Counted from the stretch's first letter, positions 48,445 to 60,583 are shown. The stretch is DNA of 64,000 nucleotides from Escherichia coli (GCF_002854065.1 NZ_CP024147.1), one strand, 5' to 3'. Translations and numbers: made by a program. Notes: generated from the letters alone by a model not told the origin.

Positions 48445-50634
48445 TTAATCAGCTAATGGCTGCGGGCGACCAATCAAATACCCTTGCAGATATTGCACCC
48501 CGAGCTTATGCAATAGCGCCTGCTGCTGTTGCGTCTCAACAAACTCCGCAACCACACTCAATGACTTCGCTTTCGCCAGATCGGTAATTGATCTCACAAT
48601 CATCGCATCCAGCGTATTCGTGACGATATCTTTCACAAAGACGCCATCAATTTTGATGATATCAGCCTGCAAACGCTTTAACCGTTCGTAGTTGGCATAT
48701 CCGGTGCCAAAGTCATCAATCGCAATCCGGAAACCAAACTTATGCAGCTGCTCGATGTTGTACATGCTGCTTTCTGCGTTCGAAAACGCCTGCTCCTCGG
48801 TGATCTCAAGAATGACCGCCTGCGGGGAGATGTGATAACGCTTAAATAGACGAATAATCCGCCCGGCAATATTCTTTTGCAGCAGCGTGAGCGGCATTAA
48901 ATTAACTGAAAAGCGCGGGCCTTTTTTGTCGCAAGGGTGTGTTGCCAGCCACTTCAACAAGGATTCCAGCACTTGCAAATCAAAACGCGCGCTAAGGTTA
49001 AACTGAGCAATAAGGGGCAGAAACTTATCCGGGGTCATAATGCCGCCGTCATATTTCAGTCGCGCGAGGATCTCATCATAACCTTCACCCTCTTTGTTGC
49101 GAATTGGCTGGGCGTAGAGCAGCAAATCCCCCTGATCTAACGCCGTGCGAATGGTATTCAGCAATAGCACTTGTTTAGTGGTCTGCCCGGAAACCATCTC
49201 CTCTCGGCTATCCAGCGCCAGCACATGATGATGTGCGCAGGATTGCTCCGCCAGCCAGCTTAACTGCCCCAACAAGGGTTGCAGGGTTTCCTGATTTCCA
49301 TCAAAACGCCCCCAGGCAGCACCATAGCCCATATCCAGCCCGGTATTGTTCCAGTGAATTTGCCGACTATTCAGGATGTTAACCATATGCTGGAGTCGCC
49401 CTTCCGTTTCCGGCCCGCTCAGCACTAACAGCAGTTCACTACCCGGCAATTGATATAACTTTTCGTTTTCCTGCATCAACGGCAGCAGCGTACGGTAGAT
49501 TGAGCGGATACAGTGAACGCGCATCATTAAGCCGTAATGACGACTCATAAACTCAAGATTATCAATGCGCAGGCAGCAAAAACTCTTGCCCGCCTCTTGC
49601 TCCGGCGCTTGTTCCAACGCACGAAAATTGGGTAGGAGCGTTAACGGATCGGTCAGCGCCTGCAAATGCCAGCGGCGATTAAGCCATTCACTGCGATGAT
49701 AAATGCGCACCATATAGAGCAGGCAAACGCTAAAGGAAATCAGCACCGCGAGAATAAATGCCAGCGAATATTCGGTTTCCACCCCTTGCAAAAAGTTCTG
49801 GTTGTAATTCAGCAGGCAAAGCGTTGAAACAGCCCAAGTGAGATTTAAAAACGGATAGCGAAGCTTACCGACCCCGAGGGTAAAGATGATGAAGAAAACG
49901 GGTACCAGGTAACCGGCAATAAAGTCGTTTTCATAAGGTGTGCACAACAGAAGTAGCAGCACGCTTAACGCTGCCAGCCAGCTTAAGGTAAATGCGCGTT
50001 TCTCTTTGCCCAACGACGGAGCGATATCCCTGCGCCACAATATCTGCGCAAAGTGGGGACTTACAATCATGCGAGTGAGATAGTAGAAAAGCATGTTGTA
50101 AATCAGAACAGCGGTGAAAAGGCTTAGCAAATCAACGACCGTGAAAATGGCATCCGCATCGCCGAAAAAGGTGGATATCTTTAGCGGGAAATCAAAGAAG
50201 CTCCCCACAAGATACATGCTGCATTTGATGCCGATCGGCGTCACCAAACCAAGCCAGAACAGACGTTGCCAGACATATCGGCTGGTCAATCCATAACGCC
50301 AACGCGTCCCCAGCTGCCAGCGTAATATTGCGCAGGCACACAACACGACAAACGTCTGGCTGCCGAGCATGACCGCAGTCTGTAAAAAAGAGAGATGAAA
50401 GTTCCACAGATTGGTGCAAAACATCCCGCATAAAACGGGAACGACACCGCGCCAGCCAAAGATAAACAAGATTGACAGCATTACGCACAGTGGCATCCAC
50501 GCCAGAAAGATATAACTGGAATGGATAATGGCAAGTGGCGAAATAAAACGGGATAGCTGAATAAGTACCACGGTGAGCGTAAACGCTAGTGTGAATATCT
50601 TGATATTTTTTATCAGGTTATGCTCCACAAACAT
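48445..50634 (-). CDS. yfeA: Membrane-anchored GGDEF/EAL-domain protein (c-di-GMP phosphodiesterase-like)
   Basis: 729 aa from ATG at 50634 (MFVEHNLIKN...) with an N-terminal MASE-type membrane domain and C-terminal EAL motifs (..EITE.., ..DDFGTGYANY..). Confidence 0.85.
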   Translation of the reverse strand: MFVEHNLIKNIKIFTLAFTLTVVLIQLSRFISPLAIIHSSYIFLAWMPLCVMLSILFIFGWRGVVPVLCGMFCTNLWNFHLSFLQTAVMLGSQTFVVLCACAILRWQLGTRWRYGLTSRYVWQRLFWLGLVTPIGIKCSMYLVGSFFDFPLKISTFFGDADAIFTVVDLLSLFTAVLIYNMLFYYLTRMIVSPHFAQILWRRDIAPSLGKEKRAFTLSWLAALSVLLLLLCTPYENDFIAGYLVPVFFIIFTLGVGKLRYPFLNLTWAVSTLCLLNYNQNFLQGVETEYSLAFILAVLISFSVCLLYMVRIYHRSEWLNRRWHLQALTDPLTLLPNFRALEQAPEQEAGKSFCCLRIDNLEFMSRHYGLMMRVHCIRSIYRTLLPLMQENEKLYQLPGSELLLVLSGPETEGRLQHMVNILNSRQIHWNNTGLDMGYGAAWGRFDGNQETLQPLLGQLSWLAEQSCAHHHVLALDSREEMVSGQTTKQVLLLNTIRTALDQGDLLLYAQPIRNKEGEGYDEILARLKYDGGIMTPDKFLPLIAQFNLSARFDLQVLESLLKWLATHPCDKKGPRFSVNLMPLTLLQKNIAGRIIRLFKRYHISPQAVILEITEEQAFSNAESSMYNIEQLHKFGFRIAIDDFGTGYANYERLKRLQADIIKIDGVFVKDIVTNTLDAMIVRSITDLAKAKSLSVVAEFVETQQQQALLHKLGVQYLQGYLIGRPQPLAD

Positions 50635-50841
50635 GAGTACACTACTCTCACTGATCGGGGTTTTCAGGCACACAAATAATAAGTTTATTCGCATCGCGAA
50701 GCAAACAGGGGCCAGCCTGTTGCCGATTTTTCATCCAATGATGCTTTCACCAGGCGGCGCTAACCCGGACGTAGACTGTATTACAAAAGCGGCAAAAAGC
50801 AGAGACAAAAAACCCCCGCTTTGCAGCGAGGGTTGGAAATT

Positions 50842-50917
<76 letters not shown>

Positions 50918-50956
50918 ACGATGCGTTTACGTACCAAATTTGCTGGGTGCAAAATT

Positions 50957-51032
<76 letters not shown>

Positions 51033-51252
51033 GTCACGTAAAGCTTGTCGAGTTGACGGGCGGCATCATATGAATTCCGCCCGAATGTGTCAACGGCAAA
51101 TTGCAGCGTGTAGTTTCAATCGCTGAAAAATCAGGCAAATGAACAATTTTGGAAAACCGCTCGCATTCAGTAGTTATTCATGTCACGGTTTCCTGTAAAG
51201 TGGTGTTATAAAATGAACTACTAATAGACCCACATACATTCAGGGAATTGTT

Positions 51253-51612
51253 ATGTTCAAGGAGAGGATGACGCCAGATGAACTTGCCAGACTGACCGGC
51301 TATAGCCGCCAGACCATTAATAAATGGGTACGCAAGGAAGGCTGGACGACGTCACCAAAACCAGGCGTCCAGGGTGGCAAAGCCCGACTGGTTCACGTCA
51401 ATGAACAGGTTCGTGAATATATTCGTAATGCTGAACGTCCAGAAGGTCAGGGAGAAGCGCCTGCCCTTTCTGGTGATGCGCCGCTTGAAGTATTGCTGGT
51501 GACACTGGTGAAAGAGATGACGCCAGTTGAACAAAAACAGTTTACATCCTTGCTTCTGCGGGAAGGGATTATCGGATTGTTACAACGCTTAGGGATTCGC
51601 GATAGCAAATAA
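51253..51612 (+). CDS. yfeC: Small putative DNA-binding protein (YfeC family)
   Basis: 119 aa ORF with HTH-like N-terminus (..ELARLTGYSRQTINKWVRKEGW..). Paralogous to the adjacent yfeD. True start may be a few codons downstream. Confidence 0.75.
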   Translation: MFKERMTPDELARLTGYSRQTINKWVRKEGWTTSPKPGVQGGKARLVHVNEQVREYIRNAERPEGQGEAPALSGDAPLEVLLVTLVKEMTPVEQKQFTSLLLREGIIGLLQRLGIRDSK

Positions 51613-51613
51613 T

Positions 51614-52006
51614 ATGAAAAGATTACGCAATAAAATGACCACCGAAGAACTGGCTGAATGCCTCGGTGTGGCTAAACAAACTGTTAACCGTTGGATCAGA
51701 GAAAAAGGCTGGAAAACGGAAAAATTTCCCGGCGTGAAAGGCGGTCGTGCCAGACTTATTCTGGTCGATACGCAAGTTTGCGAGTTTATTCAGAACACGC
51801 CAGCCTTCCATAACACACCGATGCTTCTGGAAGCCGAAGAACCCCTTGCCGAATACGCACCGGGGATTCGCACTCCTGCTTATCGGCAAATCATAAGCGC
51901 AATAGACAACATGACTCACAGTGAGCAGGAAAAAGTTGCGCAATTTTTGTCACGCGAAGGAATTCGTAATTTCCTTGCTCGTCTCGACATAGATGAATCA
52001 GCTTGA
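51614..52006 (+). CDS. yfeD: Small putative DNA-binding protein (YfeD family)
   Basis: 130 aa (..ELAECLGVAKQTVNRWIREKGW..), paralog of yfeC. Confidence 0.75.
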   Translation: MKRLRNKMTTEELAECLGVAKQTVNRWIREKGWKTEKFPGVKGGRARLILVDTQVCEFIQNTPAFHNTPMLLEAEEPLAEYAPGIRTPAYRQIISAIDNMTHSEQEKVAQFLSREGIRNFLARLDIDESA

Positions 52007-52045
52007 CATCCTCCACGCCCTGAATGACGAGGATCCCTGCTACGT

Positions 52046-53254
52046 TCAGGCTGTCGCCTGAATCATTTCGGTGGGTTCCTGCTTCAACGAGTGGCCTGAC
52101 TGCACCATCTCTCCACAGGCAAGAACGGCGTGCCCCGCCGCTAAAATGTTACGAGCGCCGTTTACATCGGCGTTCGCTGTATATCCACATACCTGGCATC
52201 TGAATTTACTTTGTGACAGGCGATTTTCTTTCGCTGTATGACCACAGCACGCGCAACGCTGGCTTGTGTACGCTGGCGGAACAGCAAGCACCTGACCGCC
52301 TCGCCAGAGCTGCTTGTACTCAAGCTGGCGGCGCATTTCATACCAGCCCTGATCCAGTATCGAACGGTTTAAACCTGATTTTGCCCGGACATTGCGCCCC
52401 GGCTGGCTGACCGTACCCGCTGCTGACTTTGACATGTTGCTGACCTTCAAATCCTCAATGACTATCATTGCGTGGTTTTTGCTGACGGTCGTTGTGACTT
52501 TGTGAAGGTAGTCTCTGCGGATATTTGCGGTACAGGAATGCAGTCGCTGTATTTTGCGTTTCTGCTTCTGCCAGTTATTGCTGAATTTGACCTTGCGGCT
52601 TAACTGTCGCTGAAGTCTCGCCAGCTTCTTCTGGTTTTTCTGAAAACTGTTTACAGGCTCAAAGACTGTGCCATCTGACAGCGTGGCGAGTTTAGCCACG
52701 CCAGCATCCAGTCCGACCATTGATGCTGAAGGGTGAACCGGAGTTGATACTTCACTTTCTGTCTGAATACTGATGTACCACTTACCGCAGGACTGGCTGA
52801 CAGTGACATTTTTCACAACACCCGTGACCTGACGGCTGTTCCGGTAGCGCATCCAGCCAAGTTTCGGCAGAAAAATACGGCTGTTTTCCTGATCGAGCTT
52901 AACGCCCTGCGGGTAGCGGAATGCATCATTCTGTCCCCGCTTTTTGAATCGGGGAAAAGCAGCCCGCTTCCGGAAGAAGTTTTTGTAAGCCCGCTCAAGG
53001 TCTTTCAGTGACTGTTGCAATGGCTGTGAGGGCGAATCTTTAAGCCATTGCGTTTCAGTGGCATTTTTCCACTCAACCAGCCAGGAAGCCATTTTCCCGT
53101 AAGGGATGTATTTATTACCGGCCTCATGATTCTCATTCTGACGTGCCAGAGCACGATTGAAAACGAAACGACATGCGCCTGCGAAGCGCCTCATTTCACG
53201 CTCCTGTTGACCAGCGGGTCTTAACTGGAATTTAAATGCCTGTAGTCGTTTCAC
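52046..53254 (-). CDS. tnpB: TnpB (OrfB) RuvC-like nuclease of IS200/IS605 family, putative RNA-guided
   Basis: 402 aa with RuvC-I (..[10 protein letters not shown]..), RuvC-II (..[10 protein letters not shown]..), a zinc finger (CACCGH...CQVCGY) and RuvC-III (..[10 protein letters not shown]..). Confidence 0.85.
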   Translation of the reverse strand: MKRLQAFKFQLRPAGQQEREMRRFAGACRFVFNRALARQNENHEAGNKYIPYGKMASWLVEWKNATETQWLKDSPSQPLQQSLKDLERAYKNFFRKRAAFPRFKKRGQNDAFRYPQGVKLDQENSRIFLPKLGWMRYRNSRQVTGVVKNVTVSQSCGKWYISIQTESEVSTPVHPSASMVGLDAGVAKLATLSDGTVFEPVNSFQKNQKKLARLQRQLSRKVKFSNNWQKQKRKIQRLHSCTANIRRDYLHKVTTTVSKNHAMIVIEDLKVSNMSKSAAGTVSQPGRNVRAKSGLNRSILDQGWYEMRRQLEYKQLWRGGQVLAVPPAYTSQRCACCGHTAKENRLSQSKFRCQVCGYTANADVNGARNILAAGHAVLACGEMVQSGHSLKQEPTEMIQATA

Positions 53255-53261
53255 AGGCCAA

Positions 53262-53804
53262 ATGATACTTTGGTCTATGAATAAAGAAACCGATATCCGA
53301 CGGGGAAGGCATTGTGTTTTCCTGATGCATGTTCATCTGGTCTTTGTCACCAGATACCGACGTCAGATTTTTGACTATGACGCGACAGAAAAACTACGCA
53401 CTTACTTTTCAAATGTATGTGCTGATTTTGAAGCTGAACTGGTTGAAATGGATGGCGAACCAGATCACGTCCATTTGTTAATTAACTATCCTCCCAAACT
53501 GGCGATATCCAGTCTGGTAAACAGCCTCAAAGGCGTATCGGGTAGGTTACTGCGACGAGATCGACCAGATATTGCAGTCAGGTATTACTACAAAGGCGTT
53601 TTGTGGAGTCCTGGCTATTTTGCCAGTAGCTGCGGAGGTGCGCCAATATCCGTCATCCGCCAATACATTGAACAACAGCAAACACCTGGTCAGGTGGAAA
53701 ACCGCGCCTTATATCCCCGCCCTGAAGGACGGGGTTTTACGGCGCACCGGATAAATAAAAAACGGCAGGGGTATCTCTCCTGCCGTTTATCTTTTATGCG
53801 CTAA
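53262..53804 (+). CDS. tnpA: TnpA (Y1 HUH transposase) of IS200/IS605 family, with C-terminal tail reading into flanking DNA
   Basis: IS200-like core (..HCVFLMHVHLVFVTRYRRQIF.., HUH motif DHVHLLINY, Tyr region ..RQYIEQQ..). Likely start is MNKE at 53277. The ORF continues to 53804, across the presumed gltX terminator. Confidence 0.75.
   Translation: MILWSMNKETDIRRGRHCVFLMHVHLVFVTRYRRQIFDYDATEKLRTYFSNVCADFEAELVEMDGEPDHVHLLINYPPKLAISSLVNSLKGVSGRLLRRDRPDIAVRYYYKGVLWSPGYFASSCGGAPISVIRQYIEQQQTPGQVENRALYPRPEGRGFTAHRINKKRQGYLSCRLSFMR
53755..53787 (-). terminator. Candidate gltX rho-independent terminator
   Basis: On the minus strand a hairpin (ACGGCAGG ... CCTGCCGT) is followed by a U-run (A-run 53755..53762 on plus), immediately after the gltX stop. 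Confidence 0.5.
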
Positions 53805-55220
53805 TTACTGCTGATTTTCGCGTTCCGCAATAAAAGCCAGCGCTTTGTTGATACGCTCGATACTGCGGGTCTTACCGATTGCGTGAACGGTAACATCCAG
53901 TGCTGGAGACTGCCCCGCACCGGTTACGGCGACACGCAGCGGCATACCAACTTTACCCATACCCACTTCCAGCTCATCCGCCGTCGCCTGAATAGCGTGA
54001 TGAACGTTTTCAGCGGTCCAGTCAGTAATCGCGGCCAGTTTGTCACGAACCACTTCCAGCGGCTGACGCGCTACCGGACGCAGATGTTTTTTCGCCGCAT
54101 CGGCATCGAACTCAGCAAAATCTTCGTAGAAATAACGGCAGCTCTGTGCCATCTCTTTCAGCGTCTTGCAGCGTTCGCCCAGCAGTTTCACCAGATCAGC
54201 CAGCTGCGGGCCGTTACGGGTATCGATATTTTCCTGCTCAATGTGCCACTGTAAGTGAGTAGCAACATACTCCGGCGGCAGCGCGTTAATGTAGTGATGG
54301 TTCAGCCACAGCAGCTTGTCGGTGTTGAACGCACTGGCAGATTTGCTGACGGCATTCAAAGTGAAGTATTTGATCATCTCTTCACGAGTGAAGATTTCCT
54401 GATCGCCGTGGGACCAGCCCAGACGCACCAGATAGTTCAGCAGTGCTTCTGGCAAATAACCGTCATCACGATACTGCATTACGCTGACTGCCCCGTGACG
54501 TTTGGACAGTTTTTTGCCGTCATCGCCGTTGATCATAGAAACGTGCGCGTAAACCGGTACCGGCGCTTTCAGGGCTTTAAGAATATTGATCTGGCGTGGC
54601 GTGTTGTTGATATGGTCTTCGCCACGGATAACGTGGGTGATTTCCATATCCCAGTCATCGACAACCACACAGAAGTTATAGGTTGGGGAACCATCGGTAC
54701 GGCGGATAATAAGATCGTCCAGTTCCTGGTTGCTGAACTCGATCGGACCACGGATCTGATCGTCAAAAACAACAGAACCTTCCTGCGGGTTAGCAAAACG
54801 TACGACACACGGCTCATCATCAGCGTGATGCTCATGACTGTGGCGGCAGCGACCGTCATAACGCGGCTTCTCACCTTTCGCCATTTGCTCTTCGCGCAGC
54901 GCTTCCAGGCGCTCTTTAGAGCAATAGCATTTATAAGCAGTGCCCTCTTCCAGCATCTGATCGATCACCGCGTTGTAGCGATCAAAACGTTTGGTCTGGA
55001 AGTACGGACCTTCATCCCACTCCAGGCTCAGCCAGTTCATGCCATCCATAATGGCTTCGATAGCTTCCGGCGTGGAACGCTCAAGATCGGTGTCTTCAAT
55101 ACGCAGCACGAACTCACCGCCGTGATTACGTGCAAAAAGCCAGGAGTAAAGAGCAGTACGCGCGCCGCCAACGTGCAGATAGCCTGTTGGGCTTGGCGCG
55201 AAGCGAGTTTTGATTTTCAT
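53805..55220 (-). CDS. gltX: Glutamyl-tRNA synthetase
   Basis: 471 aa class I aaRS with HIGH-type (..[12 protein letters not shown]..) and KMSKS-type (..KLSKR..) motifs. Confidence 0.95.
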
Positions 55221-55478
55221 GAAATGGCCTTACGTTTAGAAAGATGCCGACAACCGGCAAATCCTGGAAAAATTGAGTGGGCGATATTCTATCACTCCCG
55301 CCTGATTCCTCAATGTAGTTCGGGTTGCAACCTTACGCATTATTGTTTTCGTTGACAAATTGCGCAACACGGTCTGTTTTGCGATCATCTTGCTTAAATT
55401 TACGACGAACGAACAATTTCTTTAGAAAATGCGTTGACTCATTTTGAACTCTCCCTATAATGCGACTCCACACAGCGG

Positions 55479-55554
55479 GGGTGATTAGCTCAGCTGGGAG
55501 AGCACCTCCCTTACAAGGAGGGGGTCGGCGGTTCGATCCCGTCATCACCCACCA
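55479..55554 (+). tRNA. valU: tRNA-Val (anticodon UAC)
   Basis: GGGTGATTAGCTCAGCTGGGAGAGCACCTCCCTTACAAGGAGGGGGTCGGCGGTTCGATCCCGTCATCACCCACCA (76 nt). Confidence 0.9.
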
Positions 55555-55598
55555 ACTGCTTTATGTAGTCTCCGCCGTGTAGCAAGAAATTGAGAAGT

Positions 55599-55674
55599 GG
55601 GTGATTAGCTCAGCTGGGAGAGCACCTCCCTTACAAGGAGGGGGTCGGCGGTTCGATCCCGTCATCACCCACCA
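55599..55674 (+). tRNA. valX: tRNA-Val (anticodon UAC), copy 2
   Basis: Identical 76-nt sequence. Confidence 0.9.
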
Positions 55675-55720
55675 CTTTCTCACCAGCTAAATTTCTTGTA
55701 AAAATGTGAAGTACCGAAGT

Positions 55721-55796
55721 GGGTGATTAGCTCAGCTGGGAGAGCACCTCCCTTACAAGGAGGGGGTCGGCGGTTCGATCCCGTCATCACCCACCA
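55721..55796 (+). tRNA. valY: tRNA-Val (anticodon UAC), copy 3
   Basis: Identical 76-nt sequence. Confidence 0.9.
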
Positions 55797-55800
55797 CTTC

Positions 55801-55876
55801 GGGTCGTTAGCTCAGTTGGTAGAGCAGTTGACTTTTAATCAATTGGTCGCAGGTTCGAATCCTGCACGACCCACCA
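55801..55876 (+). tRNA. lysV: tRNA-Lys (anticodon UUU)
   Basis: GGGTCGTTAGCTCAGTTGGTAGAGCAGTTGACTTTTAATCAATTGGTCGCAGGTTCGAATCCTGCACGACCCACCA (76 nt), 4 bp after valY. Confidence 0.9.
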
Positions 55877-55879
55877 ATG

Positions 55880-55908
55880 TAAAAAAGCGCCCTAAAGGCG
55901 CTTTTTTG
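55880..55908 (+). terminator. Rho-independent terminator of the valU-valX-valY-lysV tRNA operon
   Basis: AAAAAAGCGCC-CTAAA-GGCGCTTTTTT. Confidence 0.8.
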
Positions 55909-55940
55909 CTATCTGCGATTTGTATGATTGATTTTTCTTC

Positions 55941-55967
55941 TCAAGTTCCTTGTTCTTCTACCGATAT
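55941..55967 (+). promoter_or_regulatory. Candidate sigma-28 (FliA) promoter upstream of the FlxA-like gene
   Basis: TCAAGTTC-N11-ACCGATAT compared with the consensus TAAAGTTT-N11-GCCGATAA (6/8 and 6/8 matches, correct spacing), ending 29 bp before the ATG. Confidence 0.4.
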
Positions 55968-55995
55968 TACCTCGTACAGTGACGAGGACTGAACA

Positions 55996-56337
55996 ATGGC
56001 CACTATCTCTTCAACTTCAATTCCTTCCATACAAACACAGAGTAGTAACAGGGCATCACAAGGTAGCGATGTTGCTTCACAAATCGCGCGGATAAGTCAG
56101 CAAATCATCAAACTCACTCAACAAATTAAAGAGATTGTAGATACTAGCGGCAGTGCTGAAGACAAGCAAAAACAGGCCGAATTGATTCAACAGCAAATCA
56201 CCCTACTGGAAACACAACTGGCGCAGTTGCAGAGACAGCAGGCAGAAAAGGCGCAGGAGAAAGAGCAGCGTTTGTCTCTGAATGTATCCCTTCTAAATCC
56301 TGTTGAAAATACGACTCATATCGATATCTATATCTGA
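55996..56337 (+). CDS. FlxA-like coiled-coil protein (113 aa)
   Basis: [15 protein letters not shown]...[20 protein letters not shown]...[31 protein letters not shown]...HIDIYI. Same architecture and C-terminal ...D(I/V)YI ending as the prophage-encoded FliA-dependent FlxA. Confidence 0.7.
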   Translation: MATISSTSIPSIQTQSSNRASQGSDVASQIARISQQIIKLTQQIKEIVDTSGSAEDKQKQAELIQQQITLLETQLAQLQRQQAEKAQEKEQRLSLNVSLLNPVENTTHIDIYI

Positions 56338-57254
56338 TACAACGGATCCCCTTCCCGACCAGCCATTAGCGCATTGCCCTGGTCTCGTACCACGTCCCAT
56401 AACGCTTCAGCGGCGGTGGAAAGTGAACGGTTCTTCCTGCGCACCAGCATCAACTGGCGTTCAACAACCGGCGTAATGCGCTTTACCACCAGCGGGCTAC
56501 CTTCAGGCAATGGTAGCGCCAGTGCGGGAAGAATACTGATGCCGATGCCTGCGGCTACCATCGGGAACAGCGTCGCCGGATGTCCAATCTCCTGCACAAT
56601 ATTCGCCTGAATACCATTGCGCGCCAGCGCTGCGTCAATCAGCGGTCGGCTGCCTGACGCGTAATCCTGCAACACCAATTTCGCTCCCTGTAATGCCTGC
56701 CAGGGTACATAATCTTCCACGGTCAAAGCGCTATCGCGATGGCAAAGCAGAAAGAAAGGCTCGGAAAGAATCGCTTCACATTGCAGATCGCCCACTGGGC
56801 CTGGATCGATGACGATGCCAAAGTCGACATCTCCCTGGCGAATACTTTCCATCACCCACTGCTGCGGACGATCGTGCAGGACAAACTGAATATCTGGATA
56901 GCGGCGATGGCTTTCAGCAATGCATTGCGGAATAAGATGCGCGGAAATGGTCTGGCTGGCAGCGACCCGAACTTTTCCGCTCAGTTGTTGCCCCATACGC
57001 CCGGTATCGCGCAACGTGCTGTTAAGTTCATCCAGCAGTCGCTCAAGACGCAAAGCCAACTGCTGCCCTGCATCTGTAAGCACCACTTCACGCGTGGTTC
57101 TGTCCAGCAGGCGAACACCAGTATGATTTTCCAGCTCCTTCACACTGTGACTTACTGCCGACTGGCTCAGGCCGATACGCTCTCCTGCACGACTAAAACT
57201 TTTCTCCTGCGCTACTGTGACGAAAACCTTTAATTGTTTTAAAGAATAATTCAT
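56328..57254 (-). CDS. yfeR: LysR-family transcriptional regulator
   Basis: 308 aa with N-terminal LysR HTH ([42 protein letters not shown]...). Its 3' end overlaps the FlxA-like gene by 10 bp, convergently. Confidence 0.85.
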   Translation of the reverse strand: MNYSLKQLKVFVTVAQEKSFSRAGERIGLSQSAVSHSVKELENHTGVRLLDRTTREVVLTDAGQQLALRLERLLDELNSTLRDTGRMGQQLSGKVRVAASQTISAHLIPQCIAESHRRYPDIQFVLHDRPQQWVMESIRQGDVDFGIVIDPGPVGDLQCEAILSEPFFLLCHRDSALTVEDYVPWQALQGAKLVLQDYASGSRPLIDAALARNGIQANIVQEIGHPATLFPMVAAGIGISILPALALPLPEGSPLVVKRITPVVERQLMLVRRKNRSLSTAAEALWDVVRDQGNALMAGREGDPLYQI

Positions 57255-57343
57255 CTGTTTTCTTCATGAATGGATGCAATAAATCAATTTTATTTCTCAA
57301 ACTGGAAGAAGCACAATAGAACCATCGATCATCTGGAGTCTTT

Positions 57344-58342
57344 ATGAAACTTTTTCGTATCCTCGATCCTTTCACCTTAACCCTGATCACGGTGGTGTTG
57401 CTGGCCTCTTTCTTTCCGGCCAGAGGCGATTTCGTCCCCTTCTTTGAAAATCTGACCACCGCAGCTATTGCCCTGCTGTTCTTTATGCACGGCGCGAAGT
57501 TGTCGCGTGAGGCGATTATTGCTGGCGGTGGTCACTGGCGACTGCATTTGTGGGTAATGTGCAGCACCTTCGTGCTGTTTCCGATTCTGGGTGTACTGTT
57601 TGCCTGGTGGAAACCGGTAAATGTCGACCCGATGCTCTACTCCGGTTTTCTCTACTTGTGCATTCTCCCGGCTACCGTGCAGTCTGCAATCGCCTTCACG
57701 TCAATGGCGGGCGGTAACGTCGCGGCGGCGGTTTGTTCTGCGTCAGCATCCAGCCTGCTGGGGATTTTCCTTTCACCATTGCTGGTTGGTCTGGTGATGA
57801 ATGTTCACGGTGCAGGGGGCAGCCTTGAGCAAGTCGGTAAAATTATGCTGCAACTGCTGCTGCCGTTTGTGTTGGGGCATCTTTCCCGGCCGTGGATTGG
57901 TGACTGGGTGTCGCGCAATAAAAAATGGATTGCGAAAACTGACCAGACGTCCATTCTGTTAGTGGTTTATACAGCGTTCAGCGAAGCCGTCGTTAATGGT
58001 ATCTGGCATAAAGTTGGCTGGGGATCATTGCTGTTTATCGTGGTGGTCAGCTGCGTTCTTCTGGCTATCGTGATTGTAGTTAACGTCTTTATGGCACGCC
58101 GACTGGGCTTCAATAAAGCAGATGAAATTACTATCGTCTTTTGTGGTTCGAAAAAGAGTCTGGCAAATGGCATCCCGATGGCAAACATTCTGTTCCCCAC
58201 ATCGGTGATCGGTATGATGGTGCTGCCCCTGATGATTTTCCATCAGATCCAATTGATGGTCTGTGCGGTGCTGGCGCGTCGATACAAACGCCAGACCGAA
58301 CAGTTACAGGCGCAGCAGGAAAGCAGCACCGATAAAGCTTAA
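57344..58342 (+). CDS. yfeH: Bile acid:sodium symporter (BASS) family membrane protein
   Basis: 332 aa polytopic membrane protein. Confidence 0.85.
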   Translation: MKLFRILDPFTLTLITVVLLASFFPARGDFVPFFENLTTAAIALLFFMHGAKLSREAIIAGGGHWRLHLWVMCSTFVLFPILGVLFAWWKPVNVDPMLYSGFLYLCILPATVQSAIAFTSMAGGNVAAAVCSASASSLLGIFLSPLLVGLVMNVHGAGGSLEQVGKIMLQLLLPFVLGHLSRPWIGDWVSRNKKWIAKTDQTSILLVVYTAFSEAVVNGIWHKVGWGSLLFIVVVSCVLLAIVIVVNVFMARRLGFNKADEITIVFCGSKKSLANGIPMANILFPTSVIGMMVLPLMIFHQIQLMVCAVLARRYKRQTEQLQAQQESSTDKA

Positions 58343-58557
58343 AGCGGACGCTTCAGGGGCTGGACCAGTTGCGTCAGCCCCTCGGTTTTAATCAGCAGCG
58401 TGATTTGCATTAGCTCACCGAGCTTCCCTGCCGGGAACTCATCTTTGCGGGCAAACCACAGCAGATACTCCTCCGGCAGGTCGATTAAGCGACGCCCTTT
58501 GTATTTGCCAAACGGCATTATCGTATTGGCTATTTCAATCAGCTGCTCTTTTTCCAT
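58339..58557 (-). CDS. ypeB: Small DUF3820 protein
   Basis: 72 aa from ATG at 58557 (MEKEQLIEIANTIMPFGKYKGRRLIDLPEEYLLWF...), immediately downstream of ligA. The ORF-track start at 58650 is an extension inside ligA. Confidence 0.75.
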   Translation of the reverse strand: MEKEQLIEIANTIMPFGKYKGRRLIDLPEEYLLWFARKDEFPAGKLGELMQITLLIKTEGLTQLVQPLKRPL

Positions 58558-58558
58558 C

Positions 58559-60583
<2,025 letters not shown>

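Larger units (their letters stand above)
52010..53810 (-). mobile_element. IS200/IS605-family element (IS605-type, divergent tnpA and tnpB) between yfeD and gltX
   Basis: Divergent tnpB (402 aa) and tnpA (HUH Y1 transposase) filling the yfeD-gltX interval, which I recall as a short intergenic region in K-12. Element ends are approximate. Confidence 0.7.

Noticed and set aside
54255-55355. 366-aa ORF on the plus strand
   Set aside because: It lies entirely antisense to gltX, which has clear class I aminoacyl-tRNA synthetase motifs. It is a long antisense frame with no recognisable domain.
55479-55796. Regularly spaced identical 76-bp repeats that superficially resemble a CRISPR repeat-spacer array
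   Set aside because: The repeats are full tRNA-Val cloverleaf sequences ending in CCA. They are too long for CRISPR repeats and no cas genes are nearby.
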